Notes under the pieces: generated by a model
Told to the model about the DNA's origin: nothing
Database searches by the model: none
Seen by the model: the letters and a program-made list of their open reading frames with translations, nothing else
Translations under genes and position numbers: made by a program
In this document: positions 9,979-19,639 of the stretch, in pieces
Layout of the letters: each line of letters starts with the position of its first letter
Position numbering within the stretch: position 1 is the stretch's first letter
Assembly (NCBI GenBank): GCA_963674825.1
Contig: OY771587.1
Coordinates: 1,376,001-1,440,000, forward strand
Direction: 5' to 3'
Origin: Candidatus Cloacimonadales bacterium
Lineage (GTDB): Bacteria; Cloacimonadota; Cloacimonadia; Cloacimonadales; JAIOQZ01
DNA length: 64,000 nucleotides

Positions 9979-10428
9979 ATGTTTCGATACGACAGCTATT
10001 GCGGCATTTTCTGTGGTGCTTGCAGTATCTTGCACGCCACCGAGAACACCACAACGGATGATCGTGTCTGCAACGGGTCTGTAGAGCGCTGCCACGGATG
10101 TAAGAGCGATCTGAAATCCGATTATTGCAATGACTGTAACATCAAGCTCTGCGCCGAATCGAAGGGACTGGAGTTTTGCTACGAATGCAAAGAATTTCCC
10201 TGCGAAACGATACTCGACTTCGAAAACGACCGGTGTCCGCACCACTCGGGCATCCTGAAAACCTTGGAAACCATTCGTGACAAAGGTATAGCGCATTGGC
10301 TGACAAGCCAATCCAGACGATGGAAATGCCCTAGCTGTGGAAAACAATTTACATGGTATGAAAATGTTTGTTCAACCTGCGGCAGCGTACTCGAAGACTG
10401 TCGGATTCAAAAAATGGAGGAAAAATGA
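9979..10428 (+). CDS. Cys-rich DUF3795-like protein with a C-terminal zinc ribbon
   Basis: CGIFCGAC, CHGC, CxxCxIKxC, CYECKEFPC and CPSC/CSTC. Confidence 0.75.
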   Translation: MFRYDSYCGIFCGACSILHATENTTTDDRVCNGSVERCHGCKSDLKSDYCNDCNIKLCAESKGLEFCYECKEFPCETILDFENDRCPHHSGILKTLETIRDKGIAHWLTSQSRRWKCPSCGKQFTWYENVCSTCGSVLEDCRIQKMEEK

Positions 10429-10796
10429 GCTCTTATAGCAACCTTTTCAGCTACTCGTGGTTCTGGATTATGTATTTTGCCATTCTCATCTTCTTTCTTG
10501 CTTGTTACTGGAAAATATTCGCGAAGGCCGGAAAGCCCGGCTGGGCAGCGATTATTCCCTTCTACAACACCATTGTCATGCTCGATATTGCCGGCAGACC
10601 GCTCTGGTGGTTCTTCCTGCTCCTCATTCCGATCGTGAACATAGTATTTTCTGTGATTATCACAATTGACCTGGTCAAAGCCTATGGGAAACCTGCTGTC
10701 TGGGCATTAGGCCTTATCTTCCTGAGCATCATCTTTATACCGATTCTGGCATTCGATAGCTCCGAATACATTGGCAGACCCGTCCGCGAATCATAG
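10425..10796 (+). CDS. DUF5684-like membrane protein
   Basis: WKIFAKAGKPGWAAIIPFYN signature; ATGA overlap with the upstream gene. Confidence 0.8.
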   Translation: MSSYSNLFSYSWFWIMYFAILIFFLACYWKIFAKAGKPGWAAIIPFYNTIVMLDIAGRPLWWFFLLLIPIVNIVFSVIITIDLVKAYGKPAVWALGLIFLSIIFIPILAFDSSEYIGRPVRES

Positions 10797-10808
10797 AAGG
10801 ACACATTG

Positions 10809-12266
10809 ATGACACCGGATTTAATAGCAAGTATCCGAAGTCGGGCAGAGCTCGAGAGCGTACGGGACGTTCTGGCATTTATACATCAAGCACTGGTACG
10901 ACACGGATTGGAGGAGAACCAGGCCGTCAAGCTCGATATAGCAGTAGAAGAAGCACTCGTCAATGTAATCGAGCATGCATTCGATCCTGACATGATCGGC
11001 TATTTCGACGTGATCCTCGAACGCATCCCCGGTGCGATACAGGTTACCGTCGCCGATAAGGGACTCCCCTACGACTTCAAGCGCTTCGACAAGGAAGAAG
11101 GCGGACTGGGCGTCAAGCTCATGAAGGGACTGGTCGATGAAGTTCGCTTTCTCAGCCTTGGAAACGCAGGCAAGCGCGTCGAATTCATCAAGCAACTACC
11201 CCACACCAACGCGGAAGATTATCTCGAGAAAGAACCCGAAGACCTTCCCATGGTTCCGCCCGAGACAACGACCACAATCCGGTTGATCGAGCCCGGTGAT
11301 TCCGAAGCACTCGCACGCTGCATCTATCGCTCTTACGGCTATTCCTACGCCATGGGATTCATCTACTATCCTGAGAAGACACAGGATTTGCTCAAGCAGG
11401 GACTCCTGCGATCGGTAGTGGTGATCGGTAAGGATAACGAGCTGATCGGGCATCTCGGCCTAAGCTTGCATAGCGCTGACGCGAAAGTAGGCGAATCGGG
11501 TATGGCGGTCGTCGATCCGCGCTATCGTGGTCGTGGCCTGTTCAAACATCTGAAGAACGCTTTGATCGATCACGCCCGTGAATCCGGCATGTACGGCATT
11601 TACAGCGAGGCTGTCGCAGTTCATCCCTTCACTCAGAAGGGCAACCTGACACTGGGCGCGAAGGAAACGGGTATCATCTTCGGGCTGATGCCACCATCCA
11701 TGCACTTCCGCAAGATCCAGTCGGAAGAAGCGAAGGAACGGCAATCAGCCGTGCTTTTTTATCTCAAGCTGCATCAGAGTCCGAAGCAAACGCTCTATCC
11801 GCCGCTGCATCACCGCAGCATGATCCGCAAGATATATGAGCGAAACGAGCTCGATCGTGAGTTAATCGATCCGGGTCAAGTTACCTTCGAACTGCCAGAA
11901 TATTCGGTTCTCAAAACCAAAATGATGCAGGAAGCCTTGATCGGCTACATTAGCGTCGAGGAGTATGGCGAAGACCTCATTCCCGCCGTCCGTCATCATC
12001 TGCACGAAATGGCACAGCAGAAGATGGAATGCGTCGATATCGACATCCCGTTGAATCACCCGGCAGCAGCCAAGTTCTGCGCATCGCTCGAGATGCTCGG
12101 ATTCTTCTTCGCGGGTGTGATTCCCGAACTATTTGGTGGAGATGTCCTTCGGCTCCAGTATATGAACATGGCTAAAATCGGCATCGACAAGATCGTGGTG
12201 GTATCCGAATTCGCAAAAGAATTACTGCAGTATGTTACAGATGCCTACGTAGAAACATACGCCTGA
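10809..12266 (+). CDS. RsbW-like ATPase/anti-sigma kinase domain fused to a GNAT domain
   Basis: EALVNVIEHA (N box), DKG (G1), GGLG (G2); VVDPRYRGRGLF acetyl-CoA motif A. Confidence 0.85.
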   Translation: MTPDLIASIRSRAELESVRDVLAFIHQALVRHGLEENQAVKLDIAVEEALVNVIEHAFDPDMIGYFDVILERIPGAIQVTVADKGLPYDFKRFDKEEGGLGVKLMKGLVDEVRFLSLGNAGKRVEFIKQLPHTNAEDYLEKEPEDLPMVPPETTTTIRLIEPGDSEALARCIYRSYGYSYAMGFIYYPEKTQDLLKQGLLRSVVVIGKDNELIGHLGLSLHSADAKVGESGMAVVDPRYRGRGLFKHLKNALIDHARESGMYGIYSEAVAVHPFTQKGNLTLGAKETGIIFGLMPPSMHFRKIQSEEAKERQSAVLFYLKLHQSPKQTLYPPLHHRSMIRKIYERNELDRELIDPGQVTFELPEYSVLKTKMMQEALIGYISVEEYGEDLIPAVRHHLHEMAQQKMECVDIDIPLNHPAAAKFCASLEMLGFFFAGVIPELFGGDVLRLQYMNMAKIGIDKIVVVSEFAKELLQYVTDAYVETYA

Positions 12267-12349
12267 CAATATCCTGCTTCAAGCCTATATTGTCGGTAGA
12301 TGTAACATAGCGATTCTCGACGAGTTCCACCAAGAAAAGGTGATGGAAG

Positions 12350-14215
12350 ATGAAGTTAGCAAAAGACCTCGGTTTCTTTGCGTTGTTCAGCCTCGCCGCG
12401 GGAGCGATGATCTCCTCCGGGCTGTTCGTGCTGCCTGCTATCGCGTACAGCGAAGCAGGACCATCCAGTATCATTTCCTATATTCTTGCCGCGATCCTGA
12501 TGCTGCCCAGCGTGCTTTCCAAGGCAGAGCTGGCAACTGCCATGACGCGAAGCGGTGGAGACTATTTCTACGTGGATCGCATCCTGGGAACCCCCGCTGG
12601 GGTGATCGCCGGATTTGCCAACTGGTTTTCCATCGCGCTTAAAAGCGCTTTCGCTCTGATCGGTATCAGCGCATTTTCGCTGCTGGTATTCCCGGATTTC
12701 CCGCACTTCAAGCTCATCGCCGTGGGATTCTGTATCTTCTTCACGCTGCTGAACCTCGTCAGCGTAAAGACATCCGGCAAATTCCAGGTGGGATTTGTCA
12801 TCTTCCTTCTCGGTGCACTGGCAGCCTATATTATCCTGGGCTACCCAAGCGCCAGACCCGAATATTTCAGCCCGTTCAACATCAGGAAATACGTTCCCAT
12901 CCTGGAAGCAACAGGACTGGTATTCATCTCCTACGGCGGACTGACCAAGATCGACAGCGTAGCCGAAGAAAGCCGCGAGGCCGGACGGCTGATCCCAAAA
13001 GCAATGCTCTGGGCCTACACCGTGGTATCTATTCTGTATGTATTGGTCGTAGCCGTCACCATCGGTGTTCTTCCGCACGGAGAGCTGACTTCTACTCTCA
13101 CCCCCATCTCAGCGGCTGCAAGAGTCTTTACCGGCAAACCCGGCATGATCGTTATGGCAATCGCTGCTATGGCGGCTTTCATTACCACAGCCAACGCTGG
13201 CATCCTCGCGGCATCCCGCGTACCCATGGCCATGAGCCGCGACTACCTGCTTCCCAAGCTGTTCGGAACGGTAAGCAAACGATTCGGAACACCGTGGTTT
13301 TCTATCCTGGTCACATCCGGTTTTATGATATTCGTGGTGCTTTTCCTGGAAGTGGAGATGCTCGCCAAGGTAGCCTCCACATTCATGATCCTGCTTTTCA
13401 TCATGGTGAATTTCTCGCTGATCGTGGTGCGCTATGCCGGTATCCGAAACTACCGGCCAACCTTTCGCTCGCCACTCTTCCCCTGGCTCCAGATCTTCGC
13501 CATCATCGCCTATTCGATCCTGATCGCTCAAATGGGCTGGATTCCGCTTCTGATCACGATTTGCTTTATCGTGTTCGCCTATGTCTGGTATCGCGTCTTC
13601 TTCACCGGACTGGAAAAACGCCACTCCGCGCTCATCCGGCTGGCGATGAACATCCTCAACCGGATCATCATCAGCGAAACCAACTTCGAGAAGCTAGAGA
13701 ACGAGCTGCTGGGCATCCTCAAAGAACGAGAGAACATAGAAGAAGACGAATTCGACGTACTGATCGAAAAAGCGCTTATCGTCGATCAACAACAGGCGAT
13801 CGACCGAGAGGAGTTCTTCCGACAGTTATCCAGAGAGCTCTCTCCGCAGCTCAGCCTCACGCATGAGCAGATTTACGGCATGTTCTGCGACCGCGAAGTG
13901 ATGTCCAATACAAATATCATTCCAGGGGTTGCTGTTCCGCACATTATCCTCGAAGGCTCCAATCGCTTCGACATGGTGCTGGTGCGCAACAAGCACGGCA
14001 TCAAGTGGGATGACGACTCCGAACCGGTGAACGCCGTCTTCGTGCTGCTGGGTACCATGGATCAACGTGATCTGCATCTTCGTGCGCTTATGGCAATCGC
14101 GCAGATGCTTCAGGGAAAATCGTTTATGCAGAAATGGATGAATGCCATCGATGCCGAAGATCTGCGCTCGACCATCCTGCTCGCGAAACGCCAGCGCAAA
14201 GAATCGCACAAGTAG
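12350..14215 (+). CDS. APC-family amino acid permease fused to a PTS EIIA (Ntr/Fru-type) domain
   Basis: GAMISSGLF, AELATAMTRSGG and multiple TM segments; C-terminal GVAVPH and HLRALMAIA. Confidence 0.88.
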   Translation: MKLAKDLGFFALFSLAAGAMISSGLFVLPAIAYSEAGPSSIISYILAAILMLPSVLSKAELATAMTRSGGDYFYVDRILGTPAGVIAGFANWFSIALKSAFALIGISAFSLLVFPDFPHFKLIAVGFCIFFTLLNLVSVKTSGKFQVGFVIFLLGALAAYIILGYPSARPEYFSPFNIRKYVPILEATGLVFISYGGLTKIDSVAEESREAGRLIPKAMLWAYTVVSILYVLVVAVTIGVLPHGELTSTLTPISAAARVFTGKPGMIVMAIAAMAAFITTANAGILAASRVPMAMSRDYLLPKLFGTVSKRFGTPWFSILVTSGFMIFVVLFLEVEMLAKVASTFMILLFIMVNFSLIVVRYAGIRNYRPTFRSPLFPWLQIFAIIAYSILIAQMGWIPLLITICFIVFAYVWYRVFFTGLEKRHSALIRLAMNILNRIIISETNFEKLENELLGILKERENIEEDEFDVLIEKALIVDQQQAIDREEFFRQLSRELSPQLSLTHEQIYGMFCDREVMSNTNIIPGVAVPHIILEGSNRFDMVLVRNKHGIKWDDDSEPVNAVFVLLGTMDQRDLHLRALMAIAQMLQGKSFMQKWMNAIDAEDLRSTILLAKRQRKESHK

Positions 14216-14273
14216 CGGAAAAAGATTGCCATTCTGATCGAAACATCAAGCCTTGACGCTATTCGGAGGCTCT

Positions 14274-15593
14274 ATGCAGAAAATCGACCTACTCGTATCA
14301 AACGGCACCGTCGTTACCATGAACGACCGGATGCAGATCATCGAAAACGGTGCAATAGCCGTTCACAACGGCAACATCCTCGCCATCGGCAACGCGAAAT
14401 CCATCTCGGAACAATTCGCAGCCGATACCACACACGACGCCAAAGGCGGATTCATAATGCCTGGCCTGGTCAACACCCACACCCACATCGCCATGAGCTA
14501 TTTCAAGGGCGTCGCGGACGACATGGCCCTGCAAGACTGGCTGCAGAACTTCATCTGGCCACTGGAAGGGAAATTCCTCTGCGAAGAGTTCATTTACCAC
14601 GCTTCGCTGCATGGCGTTGCCGAGATGATCCGCAATGGCGTGACCACCTTCTGCGATATGTATTTCCTGGAAGGCCAGACAGCCAAAGCCGCAACGGAAG
14701 CGGGTATCAGGGGACTTCTGGGAGAGGGAATCGTGGAATTCCCGGTAGTGAACTACACCAAGGCCGAACAGATGATCGAGTATGCTGTGGAGCAGCACAA
14801 CCTGCACCGGGACAACGATCTGATCCAGTTCATGCCGGCTCCGCACGCAATCTACACCTGCAATAAAGAGCACCTCGTCATGGCGGCAAGAGTCGCCCGT
14901 GAGAATAATATGCGCCTTCTCACCCATCTCGCCGAAACAAAAAAGGAAGTAACGGATTCAATCGCGCAATTCGGCAAATCGCCGGTTCGCTACCTGGACG
15001 AACTCGGCTTCCTGGGCGATAACTTGCTTGTCGCGCACGGCGTATGGGTGGATGACGAAGAACAGAAGATACTCGCCCGTACCGGAACCAGCGTCGCGAT
15101 CTGCACCGAAAGTAACCTCAAGCTCGCCTCCGGTATCGCGCCCATCAAAGGTTATCAGGACAATGGCGTCCGACTCGGTTTCGGCACCGACGGCGTAGCC
15201 AGCAACAACAACCTCAGTATCATCGAAGAGATGGGAACCACCGCCAAACTGCACAAGGCCATCAACGGCGATCCCGCCTTCCTTCCGGCCGAAACCGCAC
15301 TTCGCATGGCAACCATCGACGGAGCGAAAGCCCTCGGGATGTCCGAACGAACCGGATCGCTGGAGATCGGCAAGGCAGCCGATTTCATCGTGATGCACAC
15401 CGGCACCATCGAGACCGAGCCGCTCTACAGCGTCTATTCCCACATCTGCTATAACATGAACAGCAGCAATATCGGCGACGTGTTCGTCAACGGCAAAGCG
15501 CTTATGCTCGACCGCAAGCTGATGACAGTCGATGAACCCGAGCTCATCAAGCGCGCTCGTTCCTACCGTGAGAAGATCCTGCAAACGGTCTGA
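14274..15593 (+). CDS. mtaD: Amidohydrolase, MTA/SAH deaminase-like
   Basis: PGLVNTHTH, PHAIYTC, HLAET and GTDGVASNNNL motifs. Confidence 0.8.
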   Translation: MQKIDLLVSNGTVVTMNDRMQIIENGAIAVHNGNILAIGNAKSISEQFAADTTHDAKGGFIMPGLVNTHTHIAMSYFKGVADDMALQDWLQNFIWPLEGKFLCEEFIYHASLHGVAEMIRNGVTTFCDMYFLEGQTAKAATEAGIRGLLGEGIVEFPVVNYTKAEQMIEYAVEQHNLHRDNDLIQFMPAPHAIYTCNKEHLVMAARVARENNMRLLTHLAETKKEVTDSIAQFGKSPVRYLDELGFLGDNLLVAHGVWVDDEEQKILARTGTSVAICTESNLKLASGIAPIKGYQDNGVRLGFGTDGVASNNNLSIIEEMGTTAKLHKAINGDPAFLPAETALRMATIDGAKALGMSERTGSLEIGKAADFIVMHTGTIETEPLYSVYSHICYNMNSSNIGDVFVNGKALMLDRKLMTVDEPELIKRARSYREKILQTV

Positions 15594-15595
15594 TC

Positions 15596-16345
15596 ATGAT
15601 ACGGTACGCCATAACCCTTTCCTACGACGGCACCCACTTCACGGGGTGGCAGGTGCAGCCGGAATCACGCACCGTACAGGGCACGCTCGAAGCGGCCTTC
15701 ACGAAGATGGCAAAAGCGCCGATCACCGTCATGGGCTCCGGCCGGACCGATTCCGGCGTCCACGCCCTGGGGCAGGTCGCGCACTTCGACCTCGACATGA
15801 ACATGACGCCACAGCAGATTATGCTGGCGCTCAGAACCCGGCTTCCCCACAATATCGGCATCATCGATATACGGCCCGTGCACGAAGATTTCCATGCGCG
15901 CTACAAGGCCTTCCAGCGCGATTACCAGTACCATATCGCACGTGAGCGGACTCCCTTCAACCGGCTCTATTGCTCCACCTTCGCCCGTAAGAAAATCCTA
16001 CCTGATAAAATCGCCGAATGCCTGCCGCATTTCCTCGGCTCACACGACTTCGCTTCTTTTTGCAAGCCCAACCCGGACATCACCAACACCGTTTGCGATA
16101 TGAACCGGCTGGACTTCGAGGAAGAAGAAGGCGGATGGGTCTTTCATCTGTCCGCGGATCGTTTCCTACACAACATGGTGCGCCGCATCGTGGGCTGCAT
16201 CATCACCATCACCAATAGAGGCCTCTCCCCCGCAATCATCGACGAGCTCTTCGAGATCAAACGCTCCGATCAGCTCCTGACCCCAACCGCACCGCCGCAG
16301 GGACTCTTCCTGACCAAGGTGCATTATCCGAAAGAATTCATGTAA
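15596..16345 (+). CDS. truA: tRNA pseudouridine(38-40) synthase
   Basis: YDGTHFTGWQ, GSGRTDSGVHA, FLHNMVR and TAPPQGL motifs. Confidence 0.96.
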   Translation: MIRYAITLSYDGTHFTGWQVQPESRTVQGTLEAAFTKMAKAPITVMGSGRTDSGVHALGQVAHFDLDMNMTPQQIMLALRTRLPHNIGIIDIRPVHEDFHARYKAFQRDYQYHIARERTPFNRLYCSTFARKKILPDKIAECLPHFLGSHDFASFCKPNPDITNTVCDMNRLDFEEEEGGWVFHLSADRFLHNMVRRIVGCIITITNRGLSPAIIDELFEIKRSDQLLTPTAPPQGLFLTKVHYPKEFM

Positions 16346-16416
16346 TCAAGCTGCCTCTGCCATACGGCTTTGCCGCAATCTCCCAACGGGGCACTCCGCG
16401 CATAGGAGGAATTTCC

Positions 16417-17037
16417 ATGATCATCCCGGGAACAAGAGAGCACTTCAAAAACAAAGACGCCGACTGGATCATCATCGATATGGGCTTTGCGAAAAGCAGA
16501 AAGAGCTGCGGCTTGCTACTCGGTGATCCAGACAAAATTGAACCATTCCAGTTTGGAGAGATGGTTGATGAAGTAGCGAAATACATTCTTCAAAATAAAG
16601 GACCCTTCAACTTGATGATCGAAGCACCGTTATCGGTTGCATTCACAGAAAATGGAAATCCGGTAGGTAGACGTTTTGAGAAGGATGGAAAAAAGACTCG
16701 CTACTGGTATGTAGGTGCTGGAGCTGCTGTAATGACAGGTGCTACATACTTATTGAGAGAAATATTCAGCATATCAGGACATAGAGATATAAGACTATTC
16801 GAAGGCTTCGTGTCATTTAAAGAAAAAGGCACAAAAACCAACCATGTTGATGATGTATACAGATTGTACAACTGCGTTTTGAACTACGACGAGAAGAAAG
16901 AAGATAAGGAATACCATCTGATAGATCCGAACGAGAAAGAAAAAAGTACAGGCAACAACCTCGTGAGCGCTTTTAAGGTCACAGGAATGGACTTCGGCAT
17001 TCCGCTTGTGATAATGCCTCGAGTACGAGGAATGTAG
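16417..17037 (+). CDS. Hypothetical protein, possible RNase H-fold (DUF429-like) nuclease
   Basis: IIIDMGF...SCGL and LMIEAPLS motifs; AGGAGG RBS; AT-richer than its flanks. Confidence 0.55.
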   Translation: MIIPGTREHFKNKDADWIIIDMGFAKSRKSCGLLLGDPDKIEPFQFGEMVDEVAKYILQNKGPFNLMIEAPLSVAFTENGNPVGRRFEKDGKKTRYWYVGAGAAVMTGATYLLREIFSISGHRDIRLFEGFVSFKEKGTKTNHVDDVYRLYNCVLNYDEKKEDKEYHLIDPNEKEKSTGNNLVSAFKVTGMDFGIPLVIMPRVRGM

Positions 17038-17064
17038 AAAGCAGGCAAAGGAGAACAAGTAAGC

Positions 17065-17910
17065 ATGCCCCAAATAATCCGAACCATGACGCTCTGCGAG
17101 GTTGATCTGGCGATCGACTGGGCAGCAAAAGAAGGCTGGAATCCCGGTATCCACGACGCCGAATGCTTCTTCGCGGCAGACAGCGGCGGCTTCCTGGTGG
17201 AAGAGATGGACGGTGAACCGGTAGCGACCATCAGCGTGGTGCAGTACGGCGATGACTACGGCTTTCTCGGATTCTACATCGTGAAACCGGAGTTCCGCGG
17301 AAGAGCGTTGGGATTCCCCATCCTGATGGCCGGCTTGAAGCGCTTGGGAGCCCGGAACATCGGCCTGGACGGCGTTGTCGAGCAGCAACGAAACTACATA
17401 CGAATCGGGTTCAAGATGGCCTACAACAACATCCGGTACGAGGGCGTTCGAGACGCGGAATCATCCTCACCAGACCCCGCCATTGTCCCGCTGCGCAAAG
17501 TGCCGTTTGATCAGCTTTGTGACTACGACTGCAAATACTTCTTTACACGGCGAGAAGCCTTCCTCAAGCCGTGGATCGCGCAACCGCAGACAACTGCGCT
17601 CGGATATGTCGTGGAAGGTGTATTGCAGGGCTATGGCGTGATACGTAAATGCCGCAAGGGCTACAAGATCGGGCCGCTATTCGGGGATACGGACGAAATT
17701 GCGAGAGCGCTGTTTGCCAGGCTGATTGGCGTTCTGGAGCAAGGCGAGACCTTCTATCTGGATATCCCGGAGCCGAATTCGGACGCGAAAAAGTTGGTTG
17801 TGGATTATAAGATGCAAAAGGTGTTCGAGACGGCTCGCATGTACACCGGACCAGCGCCGGATCTGCCCCTGGAGCGCATCTACGGCGTGACCAGCTTCGA
17901 GCTGGGTTGA
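17065..17910 (+). CDS. GNAT N-acetyltransferase (two-domain, YitH-like)
   Basis: WAAKEGWNPG, FYIVKPEFRGRALG, IGPLF and GVTSFELG motifs. Confidence 0.88.
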   Translation: MPQIIRTMTLCEVDLAIDWAAKEGWNPGIHDAECFFAADSGGFLVEEMDGEPVATISVVQYGDDYGFLGFYIVKPEFRGRALGFPILMAGLKRLGARNIGLDGVVEQQRNYIRIGFKMAYNNIRYEGVRDAESSSPDPAIVPLRKVPFDQLCDYDCKYFFTRREAFLKPWIAQPQTTALGYVVEGVLQGYGVIRKCRKGYKIGPLFGDTDEIARALFARLIGVLEQGETFYLDIPEPNSDAKKLVVDYKMQKVFETARMYTGPAPDLPLERIYGVTSFELG

Positions 17911-19598
17911 TCCTCCACCGATTGCCGGAACAGCTCGAATCCCAGCCATTGCATGAGCCGGCCGCCCTTTGCCTCGGTGGGTGAATCGTAGTAGCTGTTC
18001 ACGAACGCCGACACCTTGCTGTAATCGTAATATTCACATTCCTTTACCGCATTGGACGAGGCTACATCCCGCACAAAACCTTTCATCGCTTCAAGCTGAA
18101 CAAACGTCCGATCTGAATGATACGTCAATCCTCTACGCCGCTTGATGTTGGCGATAATACCCGAGGCAAGATAATTGCGATAGACCCAGAACGGAACCGT
18201 TGTGCCGTAGCGAACCAACGGAAACCGCATCAGACGCGGCTCGAGCTTCTTCAGAATGGGATAGCTGACGCGGCAGTTCGCGCGCTTGGAGACAGGCATT
18301 CGCAGCAGTTCACGAACAATCGAAGCCTGTCCCAACGGACTGATCAGCGGGGTGATTTCCAGCGAGAGGTTCCAGTTACGCACCAGATTGGGGTAGCGAT
18401 AGTAGGTGTGCAGCAGTGCCAGAAGCGCGGTATAGTCCTTTCCGTCCCACTCCTTCAGGATGCCGGGAAGCTTCTGGAAATCTTCCCACGCGACGTCGTT
18501 CATCCTCTTGTAGAGCGGATCGGGAAAGAAATTCACCCGATTGACGCGTGTGAGCTCGTAGAGCTTCTCGAATTTCCGGCCTTTCGGCGCAGACTTCAGC
18601 TTGAAGCGGATACCGTTCAGGAAGTAATCGCGGATGAAGCAGCCGTAGTCACCATCGAGAATCATGTAGCCACCATCGACGGCCGCGCGCAGGTTATCGA
18701 TTGTGCGATAGGCGCGGATGGAGTATGTCATCTCGGTTTGACTGGCGATCTGCCTGGAGCGCTGGATAACGGTATCGGGATCGCTGTTCTGTGGCTCGAC
18801 GATGAGATGATTTAGCTTCAGTTCTCGCGCAATTCTATCAGCGATTACAACCTCGGGATTATCTCGTTCACCGAAGGTATGAACGCGCCATGGACGGTCA
18901 CGATGCTGCATCATGTAGGCCAGAATAAGCCTTGAATCGGTTCCGCCGCTGAGTCCCATCGATATCTTTTCCCGCTCAGCGAACCACCTTATGGTCTTAT
19001 CCAGCGCAGCTTCGATATCGATTCCAATGGGCTTTTCACCCAGGCCAAGCCACTGCTCCGCGCAGTGCCGGATATCCAGATCAGGGGTGATGGTTATAAC
19101 CGATGCCGGTTGTGAGCGAATGAGGTCTTTTACAAAGCTGCGATAGTGATACTGTCCGTTCGAAAGCCAGAAACTGGCGATGGCGTCCATATCAAGCCGG
19201 GGATTCTTCATAAAGGGTCTGAGGTGTTCGCGATCAGTGGAAAACACGATGGCATCGTCTGTTCGCCAGAGATAGAATGGACGATGATTGAAATGGTCAC
19301 AGAAAAGGGTCAGCGTCTGACCTTGCATGCGAAGCCCGCAATACTGACCGTCGAAATCGGGATGAAGATTGGCCTGCTTCCAGTCGTCGATGGTGACCGG
19401 CTCAAAATCGCGCAGTGCGATACCGCTGACGAGCAGGTTTTCCGCATGAAAACAGAGGGATGGGATTCCACCCAGAGCAGCGAATAAGCCCTTTTGCTCA
19501 ATAGAACGAACGATTCGGCCTTTGCTATCGCCAATCAGCGCTCTGCGTTCATCTTCAGTTATCTCTCTACCGCTATAGATCCCGAATATCCAGCTCAT
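17880..19598 (-). CDS. Asparagine synthetase-like (Ntn-like plus ATP pyrophosphatase) amide-bond ligase
   Basis: GLSGGTDSR PP-loop; N-terminal DGQY...DHFNHRPFY Ntn-like region; 3' end overlaps the convergent GNAT gene. Confidence 0.75.
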   Translation of the reverse strand: MSWIFGIYSGREITEDERRALIGDSKGRIVRSIEQKGLFAALGGIPSLCFHAENLLVSGIALRDFEPVTIDDWKQANLHPDFDGQYCGLRMQGQTLTLFCDHFNHRPFYLWRTDDAIVFSTDREHLRPFMKNPRLDMDAIASFWLSNGQYHYRSFVKDLIRSQPASVITITPDLDIRHCAEQWLGLGEKPIGIDIEAALDKTIRWFAEREKISMGLSGGTDSRLILAYMMQHRDRPWRVHTFGERDNPEVVIADRIARELKLNHLIVEPQNSDPDTVIQRSRQIASQTEMTYSIRAYRTIDNLRAAVDGGYMILDGDYGCFIRDYFLNGIRFKLKSAPKGRKFEKLYELTRVNRVNFFPDPLYKRMNDVAWEDFQKLPGILKEWDGKDYTALLALLHTYYRYPNLVRNWNLSLEITPLISPLGQASIVRELLRMPVSKRANCRVSYPILKKLEPRLMRFPLVRYGTTVPFWVYRNYLASGIIANIKRRRGLTYHSDRTFVQLEAMKGFVRDVASSNAVKECEYYDYSKVSAFVNSYYDSPTEAKGGRLMQWLGFELFRQSVEDQPSSKLVTP

Positions 19599-19639
19599 TT
19601 CCAACACCCGTTATTTTCGTAGTCATCGCCGATACAAGA

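Noticed and set aside
17880..19598. Lasso peptide or other RiPP cluster
   Set aside because: No precursor, RRE/B1 or B2 protease gene seen nearby
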